From contig JAHRHZ010000086.1 of assembly GCA_024137785.1 (NCBI GenBank), positions 12,426,131 through 12,490,130 on the forward strand: a DNA stretch of 64,000 nt, read 5' to 3'. This DNA comes from Ginglymostoma cirratum (lineage: Eukaryota). Position 1 is the stretch's first letter. Every line of letters starts with the position of its first letter. Below, piece by piece: positions 26,478 through 40,230 of this stretch. Position numbers and translations under genes: made by a program. Under the pieces are notes generated by a model. It ran no database searches. It was not told the origin of the DNA and was given only the letters and a program-made list of their open reading frames with translations.

Positions 26478-27180
26478 GGAGACAGAGGGGAGCCAGTAAG
26501 TGCGGTGTAATTGGATTTTCGAAAGGCATTTGAAATGGTGCCACATCAGAGGTTGCTATGCAAGATAAGAGCATATCATGTAGTAGGTGACATATTTGCA
26601 TGGATGGTAGCTGTTAACTCACAGGCAGGAGAGATTAAAGATAGATGGATCTTTATTGGATTGGCAAGTTGTAGCCAGTAGAGTGCCACATGGATCAATG
26701 ATAGAACCCGAACTATTTACAATCTATATCCTTGATTTGGATAAAGGAACTAAATGTATGGTAAGTAAATTTACTGATGATACCAAGATAGATCAGAAAT
26801 CAAATTGGCAAGATGAGGTTAAGGGGTTGCAAAAGATTTATTGGCAGGTTTAGTGCTAGGGCAGAAATTTGTCAGATGGAGTATAAGTGGGTAAATGTGA
26901 ACTTGCTCATTTTGGAAAGAAGAACAGATTGAATGAAGAGAGTTTGCAGGATTCAGTGGTAAAGAGGGATTTGTTTGGCCTTGTACATGAATCACATAAA
27001 GTTATTATGCAGGTACAGCAAGTGATTAGGAAGGCAAATGGAATGTTGTTATTTATTGTAAGGGGAATGATATACAAAAGGGAATAAGTTTCAATGCAAT
27101 TGTTCGGGCATTGATGAAGCTACATTTGAAATACAGTGACAGTTTTGATATCCTCATTTTAAAAAAATATATAAAATGCT
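26478..27180 (+). mobile_element. CR1 LINE RT fragment
   Basis: LDFRKAFEMVPH, VASRVPHGS, SKFTDDTKI, QVQQVIRKANGML. Confidence 0.85.
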
Positions 27181-27289
27181 TAATTTGTGGTGAACAGATT
27201 GCTGTGGCCATTTAAAGACAATATGTAGAACATTCCCCAGTCCTGAAAGACATATATAGTGGCAAGTCAATTGATAAAATATCGTGAGA

Positions 27290-28545
27290 AAATTGAAATT
27301 CCTGACATCAAGAAGCAACGTCCGATTTTCCATCCAACTTTTAACAGAGACAAGAGACTTGCTAGTGAGAAACAGGCGGTCTATTTCTATGCATTTACAT
27401 CACATTATGAACCAATCTTCTCTCATTTATATGCACTTTGCTGATCTCCCAAGCAATGGCGAGAAACTAAATTGTGACATTTTCTCACATATGAAACTCG
27501 ACTAGGTACAAAGGAGATACAACTTGCTAGTATATTCTCTGGGTATCCATCTCTACCAGCGTGCCACGAAACCAGAGGGAATGCTCCATATGCAGTGACC
27601 ACCTGGGTCCTCTGTCCCTAGAGGTTGGCATCAGCAAAGCACCAGCCTCAGCACATCATCAGAGTACATTTTGGACTCACTTCTGAGAGAGTTCACCACT
27701 TCAACGCTGTACTTTGAGCTCATTGACACCAGCATCTAACATTGTACTGCTGCAGCCAGGCCTGTCTACACAGGGTCAGCCACCCATCTCATTCAGAACA
27801 GGATGCATCTTAGGGCTCTTACATGGCTTTCTTTGAACTCATTCACTTTGTGCCTACTTGGATGCTCACAGCATTTCTACCTTGCCTTTTAGTGCAGAAA
27901 TATAGCCAGGCAGTTTGTCATGTTTGGTAGCAAATTACAGTCAAAGGGGACTATGGTCGATTAGGAGCCAGGTATCATCAGTCAGCAAAGATGGTGAGGT
28001 GTCCTGAGTGAGTGAATTGAAAGGGTGGATGGCAGAGAGGGTCAATATCTTAGGGTGATAGAGTAAGTGAAAACCATTCAGGGAAGATGGGCTATTCAAT
28101 ATTAAAAATGCTAGGTGAGAGCATTGGTGCAACGGCAGAGTCAGAGTGAGTATGAGTTAGGAAAAAGAAGATGGTGGCAGTTACCATTGCAGAATGCAGC
28201 AAGTCATTAACCTTCTTCCAGTATTGCTCAGCACTTTTTCCAGAATGTGTACACTGCAATCAGCTAGCAGCCTCTTCAAACCAGGCTCGCAGCGTTTGAC
28301 ATAGTGCACATATAGGGTTTAAATATGATGGCCACACTATGAGCACCGAAAGGTGCCAGACACCAGTGATCATTTGACTGCTGCTGAGTTCAAAATAGTA
28401 TGAGAGCTATGTCATGGAGGTGCGGTGCATACATAACGTGTTGACCAGTGGAAAACTGTGAGATAACTCATTGGAGCTCATGGAGAGAAACCTGCCATGA
28501 AACTGACCCATAGCCAATTTTTGGTGAAAATTAATCTAATATTTT
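27290..28545 (-). mobile_element. PIF/Harbinger remnant
   Basis: Minus strand 28190-28290 reads KSAEQYWKKVNDLLHSA followed by a GT donor (Myb-like); boundaries approximate. Confidence 0.5.
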
Positions 28546-29214
28546 TCCATTATAAAATCACTTAAGTGCATCAAAGACCAAGGTCTTAGAGTCAGACGAT
28601 GGAAATCAAAAATTGATTGTCCTTATTTTACTGCTATCATGGCAGAGGCTTCAAAGCTCTTTTTATTACACAGCTGACCAGGAATCTCACCCGCTCTTAC
28701 TGCCCGCCATTGGTGCGCGCTGGAAAGATTAGGTAGTGCTATGAACATACCTACCTTGGGTGTCAAACCAAAACTTCTGATTCAGAGGCAAGAATGATAC
28801 CCATTGCGCCACAAAATCTCCTATCTGGCAGATTACGTAGCACTCAATTGCTGTTCTATGGAATAACACCAAAGTTCTCGCCTTCACATATCAAAACTTA
28901 ATTGGGACAAAATTAAGAGAAGTAATATTCAAGCATTATGCAGTTATTCAATCCAACAGTAATCAGGTAAACAGATATTTTGTTGTCAACTCAAATCTAT
29001 GATGCAATTGGCAGTTTGAAAAAACAAGCAATGTTATTGCATTTGATTTTGACTTAAAATGCTTTTAATAAAATGCTACTGGCATCTTTAGAGAATTTGC
29101 TTATCCTTGAATAACTTAGCAATATTTCCTGATTGAAGGCCAAATGAGAAATTAGATTCATTTCCACCAGTTTGGGAAAACGTTTCTTATTATGAACTTA
29201 TTTTTAATAAACTC

Positions 29215-29400
29215 CATTACTAACAATAACTTGCATTTGAATAACATCTTTAATGTTTTAAAACTCCCAAAGCATTTCACAGGAATGTAATCAAATAAAA
29301 ATTAACATGTGCTGATATAGTAGTGGAGAGGTTTAAGAAGTGAATTCTAGAACTTGGGCTCCAGGCAGCTGATTGCACTATTAAGGAAGTTTTCTTTGTA
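29215..29400 (-). mobile_element. L2-type 3' end
   Basis: AACTTGCATTT...CCCAAAGCATTTCACAGG, homologous to 58420-58600. Confidence 0.55.
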
Positions 29401-30768
29401 TTTGGATAATATTTTTCCTTCCATCTCTAAGAGTCAAATTTTCAAGTCTGATTTTTCCTTGTTAGTTGCGAAACTTGCTATGAACACATGTACAACACGG
29501 ACTGTACTTTGGAAATACTTCATTAGACCTAAAGCACTTTGAGATGCTCTGAGGACATGAAAGACATGATGTAAATGCAAGGTCTTCCTTTAGTACAGAC
29601 CTCCCAGATTCAATTCGTAGTTAAATACCCCTACGATTATTCAACAAGCGTCTACATATCCACTTGCCTTCCGAAACTATGAGATTTCCATGTTGGGGCG
29701 ATGCAAATTAAAATTGCAAGCTCAAAGAAACAATGTAAATTCCAGCATCAATAGCCTCTTTGTAATATCAAACACATCGCCAAGCATATGCCTGCATGTG
29801 CCCAGCCTAAACAAACATATAGCCCTGATTGCTGTGTGTAGCAAATCTACAGAAATAAAGAGCTGACATTTACATTGTGTCTTTTCTCATCAGCCCTATT
29901 GTTAGAAAATTACCAGATCATAGGTGGCATTTTTTATTGTGCATATAATTTTTTAACAAAATGAACTTCTATGGACAAGAAAGTGAAATAGAATTGAATT
30001 GTGAAATCATGTATTCATCAAATGGATATAGAGCTTTGTTAGTCATAAAATTATGGATTACAAAATTTCAATATTAACTGTCTCAGAAACAACATCCAAG
30101 GGACACATAAAACTCTATCAAAAGCTGGATGTGTCATCTTATAAATCAGCATTATTAACATTCCCATTGTGTTCACAACTTTTACACAAACTTTAAACAG
30201 TACTGACATAAAAGGCCTCTATTTGTGTCATAATTCAACTAGTTTTCCTACACAATAACTTGAAAATTAATGGTTGAGGAAAATAATGTGTTGAAGGTTG
30301 GAATGAATACAAAAAGACATCAGAGCTGGAAAATGTCAAAGAAAGTAATGTCGAGACTATATTTGTAATAGTTTTGAGGTTAGCTATTTATAGTGGAACC
30401 AGACTTTGTTGAATCATTCCCTAATCCAATACTATTTCAACAAAGGTCTGGAGTTTGTTCATTACATCCCATCAGGCGCTAGATAAACAACTGCAACAGA
30501 ACAACTGTGGGAAAATATTTTACATCCCAGCACAGTGTACATGGCAGCCCCCAGCTAGTGGACTCTGTGCACTGCTTATCCAAAACTTTGCCCGGACTAT
30601 GTTCTTAAAGCATGCATCCTTGACAGCAGGAATATAACATTCTAACCTCAGTGCTATTAATCACTCAGTTTCTTATTTTACACAAAATATAAAGATTAAA
30701 TACCTGTTAACTTTAAAGGGGAATGGTGTCACGCCCCATAGCAAAGCAGCAGCCTCTGAATTTATCAA

Positions 30769-30981
30769 AACCTAAAGAACTGCGGCTGCTGTAAATCAGG
30801 AACAAAAACAGAAACCACTGGAAAAGCTCAGCAGGTCTGGCAGCATTTGTGAAGGAAAAATCAGAGTTAATGTTTAGAGTCAGGTTTTGAGGAAGGGTCA
30901 CAGGACCCGAAATGTTAACTTTGTTTTCACTTCACAGGTGCTGCCATGCCTGTTGAGCTTTTCCGTAATTTCTGTTTTCGT
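30769..30981. mobile_element. PLE family-2 short inverted composite with hammerhead
   Basis: Perfect 14-bp TSD TCTGAATTTATCAA (30755-30768, 30982-30995); GGTT-TTGAGGA-A-GGGTC-ACAG-GACCC-GAAA-TGTT-AACT at 30883-30920. Confidence 0.85.
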
Positions 30982-32564
30982 TCTGAATTTATCAACTTGC
31001 ATATAGAGACTGGATTAAGGGATATCTTAATGCCCTATGGAAAATCACAAAGGGTTAGAGGTTGCATCTACACTATAAGAGTGATACCTGAAAACATACT
31101 TTGAACAGTACATCACTTTGAATAAAGTTTGTATATAAAAAATACTGCAAATCCTGCAGTACAAATTACATTCAACAGTGGGCAAATACCCTGAATGTAG
31201 AGGTGTGTCATTAGTGTAACTTAGTTCACATTAAAGGAAGGCAACTGTGAAAATCAAGATTCGATTTTTACACAAAACATTTTAGAAGATGTTTTTACAA
31301 CACTTGAACTGAACACTACTGAACAATCAATAGTACAGTAGTTCTAAAAGATTCAAACTGCAGGAGCAAACTTTGAGTGGTTTACAATTGTCATAATCTC
31401 TACATCTCTCTCTCTCCCCATAACTGAATCAATAACTCAAATTTACTACTTGTTATCCCTTAGTTTGTTTTCAAACTATCTTATTGCTGTGCAACAGGTG
31501 CACTGAAGGGATGATGTGATGGGGGTGAAAAGTGAATAGAAATCTATGACAAAAGACTTCACAATGACTGCTTGCTGAATAGAAATACAAAATAGCCAAA
31601 ATATATTCCAACGACAACTACGCCATTCATGCCTTTCAATAATATGTTTTGGTACATAACAGGTGCAGCCAGATACAACTATAACAAGGGTGGATGGCTT
31701 GCAAATTTGATCCTGCTAATTGCTGGGGATTTTGAGAAACCTAGTACTACACTAAGACAAGGCTCAGATCTCTACTCCATTATTGCATGTCTTGTACAGT
31801 CCCAGTAAAGCAAGCACTGGCTAACTTTGCATCTGGCTTTCTACCGAAGGAAAGAATATTGAACACTGTAAATCCTGGCAGAGAATTCCCAGCAAGCAGA
31901 ATATGTAAAGCTCTTCTGCCAGCATTCTGCAAGAACATTTTAGAGTTAAAAAAAAAAGTTCTTGTGTTCTTGGCATAAATTGGAAGCCTAGCTTGAGGAA
32001 CAGAAGCTTCTGTAGTACTGTTCCACTAATAATCAGATACTCTGTACTGTTGCAATAGCTGGACTTTGGTTTGGAAGGGGGAATCATTCATCATTTGCAC
32101 TGTGCTATGATGAGGTAGGAGGGACTATCATCTCTCAGTATTCTATCATTGCTGTTTGAGGTTTAAAGTAGACTCATACCTTCTTGAAGATTGCAACTCT
32201 TATCAAATAGATGTTACCTTTCCTCACGTTTTAGACTCATCCACCACATAAAACCTGTATATTTAAAGCAACACTTGAGGAGAATAATAAATCCGATTCC
32301 TCCCTCCCACCCACCCCGCTAACTCATCAACCGCAAGAAATAAGAGGACCGCTTGTCTTAAGGTTTCACATGGACTGAAATTGACATTTTCAATGTGTGC
32401 AGAAGTGAACAATGATGAGTTTGTGAAGTTGTTCCCATTTTAGGCATCTCCTATTGAGGTCGATGATTTTAAAATGAGGCGGAGCACAAACTGTCTCATT
32501 TGCACAAGCATCCAAGTGAATCATTAATGATGCTTGAATTGTGGCAATTTCACAACGTGAATGA

Positions 32565-33552
32565 AGTTACATGAGTCACTGAAAGCACGTGTGCAGGTGT
32601 ACCAAGCGGGTGTAGCCAAATCGTATATTGGCCTTCAGTACAAGAAGCTTAGAGTATAAAGCAAGGAAGTCCTACTGCAGCTGTACAGAGCCTTGGTGAG
32701 CCCATATCTGGAGAATTGGGCGAATTTTTAGTCCTCTTACCTAAGAAAAGATATACTTACCATAAAGGAAGTCCAGGGAGGGTTCGCCAGATTGATTCCT
32801 AGGATAGCAGGTTTGTTGTAGGAAGAAAGATTGGGTTGACCGGATCTGTATTCACTGGAGTTTAGATGAATCAGAGGAGGTACATAGAAACACAGAAGAT
32901 GGGAGCAGGAGGAGGCCATTCGGCCCTTTGAGCCTGCTCTGCCATTCATCACGATCATGGCTGATTATCCAACTCAATAGCCTAATCCTGGTTTCTCCCC
33001 ATAACCTTTAATCCCAATCGCCCAACATGCTATATCTAGCCACCTCTTGAATACATTCAATGTTTTGGCATCAATCACTTCCTGTGGTAATGAATTCCAC
33101 AGGCTCATCACTTTGGGTGAAGAAATGTCTCCTCATCTCCGTCCTAAACGGTCCACTCCGAATCCTCAGACTGTGATCTCATTGAAATATATAAAATTCT
33201 GACAGTATGAAGAGATAGTGTTTCCCCAGGTTGTGTAATCTGGGTATAGAACAACGGGTGATAATCTCAGGATACATGGTAGGCCATTTCAGACAGAAAT
33301 GAGGAGAAATTTCTTCACTACAACAGTAGTCAACCTGTGGAATTCTCTACCACAGAAGGATGTGGATGCCAAATCACTGACCATATTTAACAAAGAAATA
33401 GATAGATTTCTAGAGGCTAAAGGTGTTAAGGAGTATGGGGAGTACACAAGAGTACAGTTTTGAGAAAGAGCATAGGCCATGATCATGTTGAATGGAGGAG
33501 CAGGCTCAGTGGGCCAAATGGTACAGTCCTGCTATTTTCTATGTTTCTACGT
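32565..33552 (+). mobile_element. CR1 LINE 3' part with a nested antisense CR1 fragment at 32882-33174
   Basis: LQLYRALVSPYLE, NLWNSLPQK, tail TTTCTATGTTTCTA; nested piece matches 14338-14625. Confidence 0.85.
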
Positions 33553-36500
33553 TATATCATTATCAATAGTGTGGAATAAAACCAATTATGCACAGTCACG
33601 TAGTCGTGCAGGACTTGAACATTGCCAATAAAAAGAAAAATGTTGTAGAAGTTTTTCATCTTGCATGTATTAAGATAGATGCAAAAAAATGCCAACATTC
33701 AAAGGCAACCACAATTTATATGGCAGGGTGGTTATTGGGTGTGAAGTGGACACTGATTGAGATGTTGCCTGGAGAATGCATTAGGAAACAGTTATTTCAA
33801 AACCAACAGTGGAACAGCAATAATTCACTTTTAACACCAGGAATAAAATACTAGCAAGTCTGCATCTTGCCCACTTTAAGCAGATATCTTCCATCCCCAT
33901 TCTAAATTTATAATATTCAATTCAAAAAACAACCTTTTAAAAAAAAGCCTTTCTCTTCCTCTCTTCAAGGCACTGAATTTTAATGAAGGATTGGCTATTC
34001 CTCATATGAAAAGCCAAGATAATAAGTGACAGGAGATTATCTGACTGTAGGAGAATCAGAGGTTCATTTTGGCCTCGACAAACACTTTAGTAATGCACTT
34101 TCCTACAGCGATCACTGAATAATGTTCAGGAGTGAAACCATGGATGCTTTTCACTTTCCTCAGCCTGTGGAACAAAGAACATTTGCGGCAGTTTTCATAC
34201 TAACTCTGTTGAAACCATCTATCTTTGTTGTTCAAATGAACCTTTAGCTTAGTCCAAAGTAGAATTGCTAAGGGCATTCAAATTTATTCCTCATACACAT
34301 TGACTGACATACGTGTTAGTGAAGTCATTGTGTGTGAAGTAAAATAAATCTAGATTCCACTTCAGTAAACCATTTTCGCATCTAGTATTGAAGAGGTTAA
34401 CATACTGTTAGCTTATAACACTGATTATGTTGAGGTATTCATGCATTACAATTCACCAAGGGGTAAAAGACGGCTGGCATGCTATGGGAAAGCATGCAAC
34501 ATTAATCACTAACATAGCCGGCTTTTCCTGGAGCCTGAGGCTTTCAGCCAACAAACATTGGCGGGAAAGTAAGCAGGATTGACAAGCAGCTAAGGCAAGG
34601 CATATAAACAGCAACGAGAGGAGGGATTCAACACATTATAGTTATATTCTAATCTTAAACATCAAAGTGCTTTGCCAACATAAATCATGCTTGTGTCATG
34701 TTTACTCTCAAGGTTTATGAAGGGGTTTGTGCCCAAATTGTTGTCTCTCACAGCCTCAGTCAATGTCCCCAAAAAAAAACTAATTTGAAATACTTGTTGT
34801 CAATCAGAGACACTGCCAAAAGCACGAGTCCAAAGTCCAACTGTCAAGATACCATATTAACATTGCACCAAAGTGATGGGATGTAATGAACCTGTTTTTA
34901 AAGTGATTAAATAAGTCTGGTTTGATTTTGATTACGTAAGATTCTTGGATTTCTATCAATTATTTCTGGAGCACATTCTGCAAATCTTAGTTGTGCCCAC
35001 TGATCTACTGTGATTGAAGAAGTCAGATTTTTGCCAAGATTTTCACTTGCATTATGAATTATTATATATTTTTCAGAAGAATACATTAGAGTTAATGCAA
35101 GGGAATTGATTCTATTCAATAAACAAATTTTGCTTGAGAAATCTACTTCTCAAATGTAAGAAATTGCATGAAATTCATTTTCTTCTTCCAATCCTAGTTA
35201 ATTAGGGAGTTAATTTGACTTTTTTCAATCACACAAAATAGTTGATAGGAAGCTGTCATGCTGCTTTACATCTCTTCTGAAAATTATTCACATTGGAGTG
35301 CTGTGATTAGTTTTCATCCTCATTGTGGGTGAAATCTGGTATTTTCTCATCTTGCTTTTCTCTGTGCACGAGAAATGAGATTTACGACCTCTTTTGGTAT
35401 ATATAGAGAGCCTTGATGAGCTGCCATTAGCCAGCACATGGTGAATCGGGCACTGGAGCAAATATAAATTACAAAAGGGTCCCAACACAAGTGAGGGCCT
35501 AAATTTTGCCATTGTTCAGTCTCTCTACAGTTGTGCCCCACAGGTCTGTAGAGAAATCTAATCTAATATGATGGGGAATGCAGCTGTAGCTCAAAATGGA
35601 CACTTGAATCCTTTCTGCCATATTTGGAGGCATATGCATCTGTTTAGCATCCCAAAAGTGGACAATGCACAAAAAATTGCATGGCCTTCATTTTCTCCAA
35701 AGTGAGTGTATGGTTCATTAAACCCCTAATTTCATATTTATTTTTCACCAGCCATTTGGGCTTTCATTTAAACTTCTTAAAATATTTCTCCTTTGCATAA
35801 CTGTAAGTGCTGCCTCGTGCTCAAGTACAGTCCCAGACCAGGCGACCACTGTGAAATTAGACTGTGAGTTCAGCAGGAAGCTTGACACTGTTCTCAACAA
35901 CAACTATGCTTCATTGGGCAATAAACATGAGAAGAAAACCTTACTAGATCAGCTAACTTAGTCAAGATGAAAGACAACACTTAGGATCTTCTGGTCTATA
36001 AGACTGAGCTCCACATCATGGGGTACTACTGAAATTCATACCTAATCAGTTCATTTTCCCAATTCCCTAAGCTCCCTTGTCGGCAGCTTTGAGATACGAG
36101 GCTGCATTTTTTGGTCATGGTAATCATGGGAACTGATGTTTTTGAGAGTAATTTGGCTGCCTTTCCAGTACATTAGGAATTGTTTGTTTGTAAGTATTAG
36201 CACTTGAACAGCATGTCCACAAACAACAAAAACCAGAAAATAATTACAAAAATAAACCTCTAATGTTGTATTAAAAAAGCACAGACCCTGTATTGTCTAG
36301 TTGTTGTTTTTAATAATTTGCAGTTGTGATTCTAACCACACTCTCACGAGGTCACACAGTGAATTTTAGAAAATTTAATGACAGGAAATATTTACAAAGC
36401 ACTTCACACTTTATATTTATGTAGGCCTTGATTGCTGGTCAAATTTTAACTCTCACCATTTCAGACAGTTCTTCCTGTCTTCTTGAACAAAACTGAACTA

Positions 36501-36954
36501 AATCTGTTCACGGCATTTATCCAGGCTAGGACATCAGGAAGGTCCAACCTATGAACTGTTCCTTGAATAACGCTAATGTGGTATAGCAGGAGGCTTTCTT
36601 ATGGGGTTGAATAATGACAGCTATCATTAGCAAACTCCTTTAACTACTTCAGAAGATCAAATCCATTCACAATGGGAGTGTAAATGTAGATGTCATCCTC
36701 TCCCTGACTTCAACTTTTCTGACTTGTAGAGAATGTAGCAGTTAAATGTCAAATACTGATCATCATTTACTTAAATGAGCTACTTGGAATGATCCAAATT
36801 TATGTCCTGCAACCCCAGGCAACTTTGAATGTTTCTAGTGTGGAGAAGATGAATGTGTAATTCTTTGGTTGTTTAAAGTAAAGGTCTGAGCAGATCTGCT
36901 CAGTATGAGAGAAGCCGCACAGTGCATACTGCCACTGAATTACTGCATTAGAAT

Positions 36955-37260
36955 TACAGTCACTGTTGTAATGTAGGAAATGTAGCAATCAATTTACACA
37001 TAGCAAACTCCCACAAATAGTAATTTCATAGTATCCAGAAGATTCATTCTGCTGATGTTGGTTGTCAGAGAAACATTTGCCAGGATCATGGGGTGAATTC
37101 CCCTATTCTTCAAATTTGTACTGTGGACTTGTATGTTCACCTTACATCTCCAATGGTCCTTCAATACCACAGTTGAGGTGCTAATTTTACAGAGGCTTGT
37201 GGCACAAGATGTGAAATGACATATTTTGTCTAAGAAACAAGAGCAACTGAGCCACAGATG
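36955..37260 (-). mobile_element. Deu-domain SINE, degraded
   Basis: GTCACTGTTGTAATGTAGGAAA...CTCCCACAAA...CCAGGA...CTATTCTTCAAA. Confidence 0.65.
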
Positions 37261-37924
37261 ACAGAATGATTGGAGGAGTTGGCTGAACCATTCATTTAAG
37301 CAGATTCTCATAAATTATTCTTGGCATCACAAAAAAGTCACACGTGAAGTGCAACTGGGAGAGAATTACACAATTTGCATTTTGCCTTCAGAGTGAGTTA
37401 ACTTTGGTGTTTGGGAAACATTTTACGAGAGCCTTATTTACTTATAATTTTTATTCATAGATGTTAATTTTCTTCAGTGTATTAAAGAAATGAGGGAATC
37501 ATCCGTGACAGGGGCATGGTAGTATAAAACACATACAGGTTTCTACAGTTTAAGTTTATCTTTGATGCACATACAAGAAAGAAGAATAAGAAAGGATAAC
37601 TGATTGAACCAGCATCTGCCTTCAAGGCATAGTGCCATCTATACGCTTCAGCAACCACATCCCAAACATCTAATCTGGTGACAAAGGCAGAAAATGGGAG
37701 CAATCTAGCAAGTTTGTAAAGTTGAGAAATTATCTTCATCTTCATGAAGTTTATCGGATAGGTTTTAGGAAACTGCCATTTACTTTCTATATCAAGACAT
37801 CTTACAGTTGCAGGGATTCATCTAGCTCTATTTTACAGTGAATCCAAGTTTACTGCACATTCTGGGAATCTATTGCAAAGGGCACTGACTCTTGGGAAGA
37901 AGAGATACTCCCTAATATTTCCAC

Positions 37925-38265
37925 TGGGTTAGTAATCAAGAGACAAAGGCTTAAGCTCTGGAGGTTCAGGTTCGAGTACCATCAAGGTGGAATTTAAATT
38001 TGATTAATAAAACAGAAACTGGAATTAAAAGTTAATTTCAGTACTGGTCACAACTGATTGTTTTAAAAACCCATCTGGTTTGCTAATGTTGATTAGTGAA
38101 GGAAATCTGCAGGCCCTACCCAGTCTAGCCAGATCTGCAGCAACGTGGCTGACTCTTAATGAAATAGTTTAGTAAGCCAATTAGATCAAGGAGATTTAGG
38201 AATGGGATTGATTTGGTTGTACAGACTGAATGGGCTGAAGGGCCTCTTCTGTACTGTGTGATTCA
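37925..38265 (+). mobile_element. tRNA-derived SINE followed by a CR1-type 3' end
   Basis: B-box GGTTCGAGTACC, AAAACCCATCTGGTT..CTAATG body, GGGCTGAAGGGCCT..CTGTACTGT end. Confidence 0.6.
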
Positions 38266-38699
38266 AAGGTGATAGGGTACCCGATGTTTGTTGATACATG
38301 ATACTACAATGAGGGTAAACAGTCATAGAGGAGAGCTTCTGGTGAACAATACAGCACATTAGAAACAATGATAAGAATTGAGAGGAAAAATATCCGTTCC
38401 CAGTATCACTGAAAAACATAACCATTCAAGTGTTAGGTATTGACAGTCAGTGTAGAAAGATACTGTTAGATTAGCAGTCACCAATAACGATAGAGCTTAG
38501 GAAAAAGTCCTCAGTGCCTTAAAAGAAAAACATTCAAAAACAGAAAACTGTTGGAGGTGATTGTATGGAAAATCTATGTGTATACTCTGAAAGCGTTTAG
38601 AAATCAATCGGGAGACAGTTTCAGAAATCAAACACAGCCATGCCAACTGAACAAAGAACTTTAAAGTGGGGACGGGATGACCCTTTACTGAGGTTCGGG

Positions 38700-39135
38700 T
38701 TTCCATCAGAGGCAGCAGCGGCAGCAGCAGAGGCATCAAAGGTGGCTCCTCCTGACCGTCGGTTGCGGCAGTAGCAGTGGCAGCAACACAGGAAGTTAAT
38801 CCCACCAATTGGTGACAGCATCGGTGGCAGCAAAGGCAATCAGTGGAGCGTGTCCTGGGAGGAGACCGACCGAAACTCTAGACTGGGGCTAAGCCCAGGG
38901 AGATAAGACATTAAAATCGGGACTTTTTCCTTTTCTTTTGGATAAGGACTTTACGATTTGGACTTTTGTCTTTTTCTTTTGGTTCCATTTCTTTTATAAA
39001 AAAATTTCGGTTTTGTATATTGTATTTAATGATGGCGCCGTAGAATGGCGACTTTGTAGACTTTTCACTGTACTCCTGTATTCCTGTACTTGAGTACGCG
39101 ACAATAAAATCTAATTCTAATCTATTTCTAATTCT
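38700..39135 (+). mobile_element. Non-LTR retroelement 3' end with (TCTAAT)n-like tail, inside an LTR-like repeat ending 39421
   Basis: GC/CpG-rich body, GATGGCGCCG, TTTTCACTGTAC...GACAATAAA, then ATCTAATTCTAATCTATTTCTAATTCT. Confidence 0.55.
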
Positions 39136-39529
39136 GTAAAGTTTCTGAGTGTAAAATGGTTGAATCTTTAGTTCTGTTTTTTATAATAAGACCATGTCAA
39201 ATAGTTTTTGTATAGAGTAATATATTTGTGTTATTTTCCCTTTCGCATGCAGTAAACTTTGGCATTCTTTGGTTAAAAGTACATGACAACCTCTTATGAA
39301 TATATTCAGTCATTGACCACCATAGCAAACCAATGTCAAAAGTAAAATTTATGGTCTATAAAGTGAGGTTTTACTCTGGGATCTGATTTGTCCAGCATTA
39401 TCATTAGTTGCAATCATAACACAGGTTTCCGTTGCCTGCTTTCCCAAGGACTTGATAGGCTGATCCCTAGTAACCATTACTGACCAAACCCACAGAAATT
39501 TGCTAGCGCCCTGGGGAGTGTTGCCGAAC

Positions 39530-40230
39530 AAAGAGACCCAGAGGTTCAGGCACATAGTTCCTTGAAAGTGGAGTCGCAGGTAGACAGGATGATGAAGAAG
39601 GCTTTTGGTACACTTGCCTTCATTGGTCAGAATGTCGAGTATAGGAGTTGGGACATTTTGTTGTGGCTGTACAGGACATTGGTGAGGCCACTTTTAGAAT
39701 ACTGTGTACAATTCTTCTAAAGGAAGGATGTTGTTAAACTTGACAGGAGGCAGAAAAGATTTATAAGGAAGTTGCCTGGACTGGAGAATTTGAGTTATAT
39801 GGAGAGGTTGAATAGGCTGGAGCTGTTCTCCCTGGAGCATCAAAAGTTGAGGTGTGACCTTATAGAGGTTTATAAAATCATGAGGGGCATGAATAGGGTG
39901 AATTGCCAAGGTCTTTTTCTGAGGGATGGGGGAGTCCGAAACTAGAGGGCATAGGTTTAAGGTGAAAGGGGAAAGATTTAAAAAGGACTTGAAGGATAAC
40001 TTTTTCAAGCAGAGGGTGTTGCATGTATGGAATGAGCTGCCAGAGGAAGTGGTGGAGGCTGGTACAATTACAACATTTAAAAGGCATCTGGAAGGTTTTA
40101 TGAATAGAAAGGGTTTAGAGGGATATGGGCCAAATGCTGGCAAATGGGACTAGGTCAGATTGGGATGTCTGGTCAGTGTGGACAGGTTGGACCAAAAGGT
40201 CTATTTCAATGTTGAATGACTCTATGACTC
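39530..40230 (+). mobile_element. CR1 (HER1-like) LINE 3' part
   Basis: TRGHRFKVKGERFK...VWNELPEEVVEAG; GACTCTATGACTC tail. Confidence 0.9.

Noticed and set aside
34555-34610. E2F-like TTGGCGGGAAA plus TATAAA as a promoter
   Set aside because: No CpG island or downstream exon; isolated short motifs are expected by chance.
38700-38850. GC-rich (GCA/GCG)n tract as a poly-Ala exon or CpG island
   Set aside because: It lies within a retroelement-like insert with a microsatellite tail and has no splice context.
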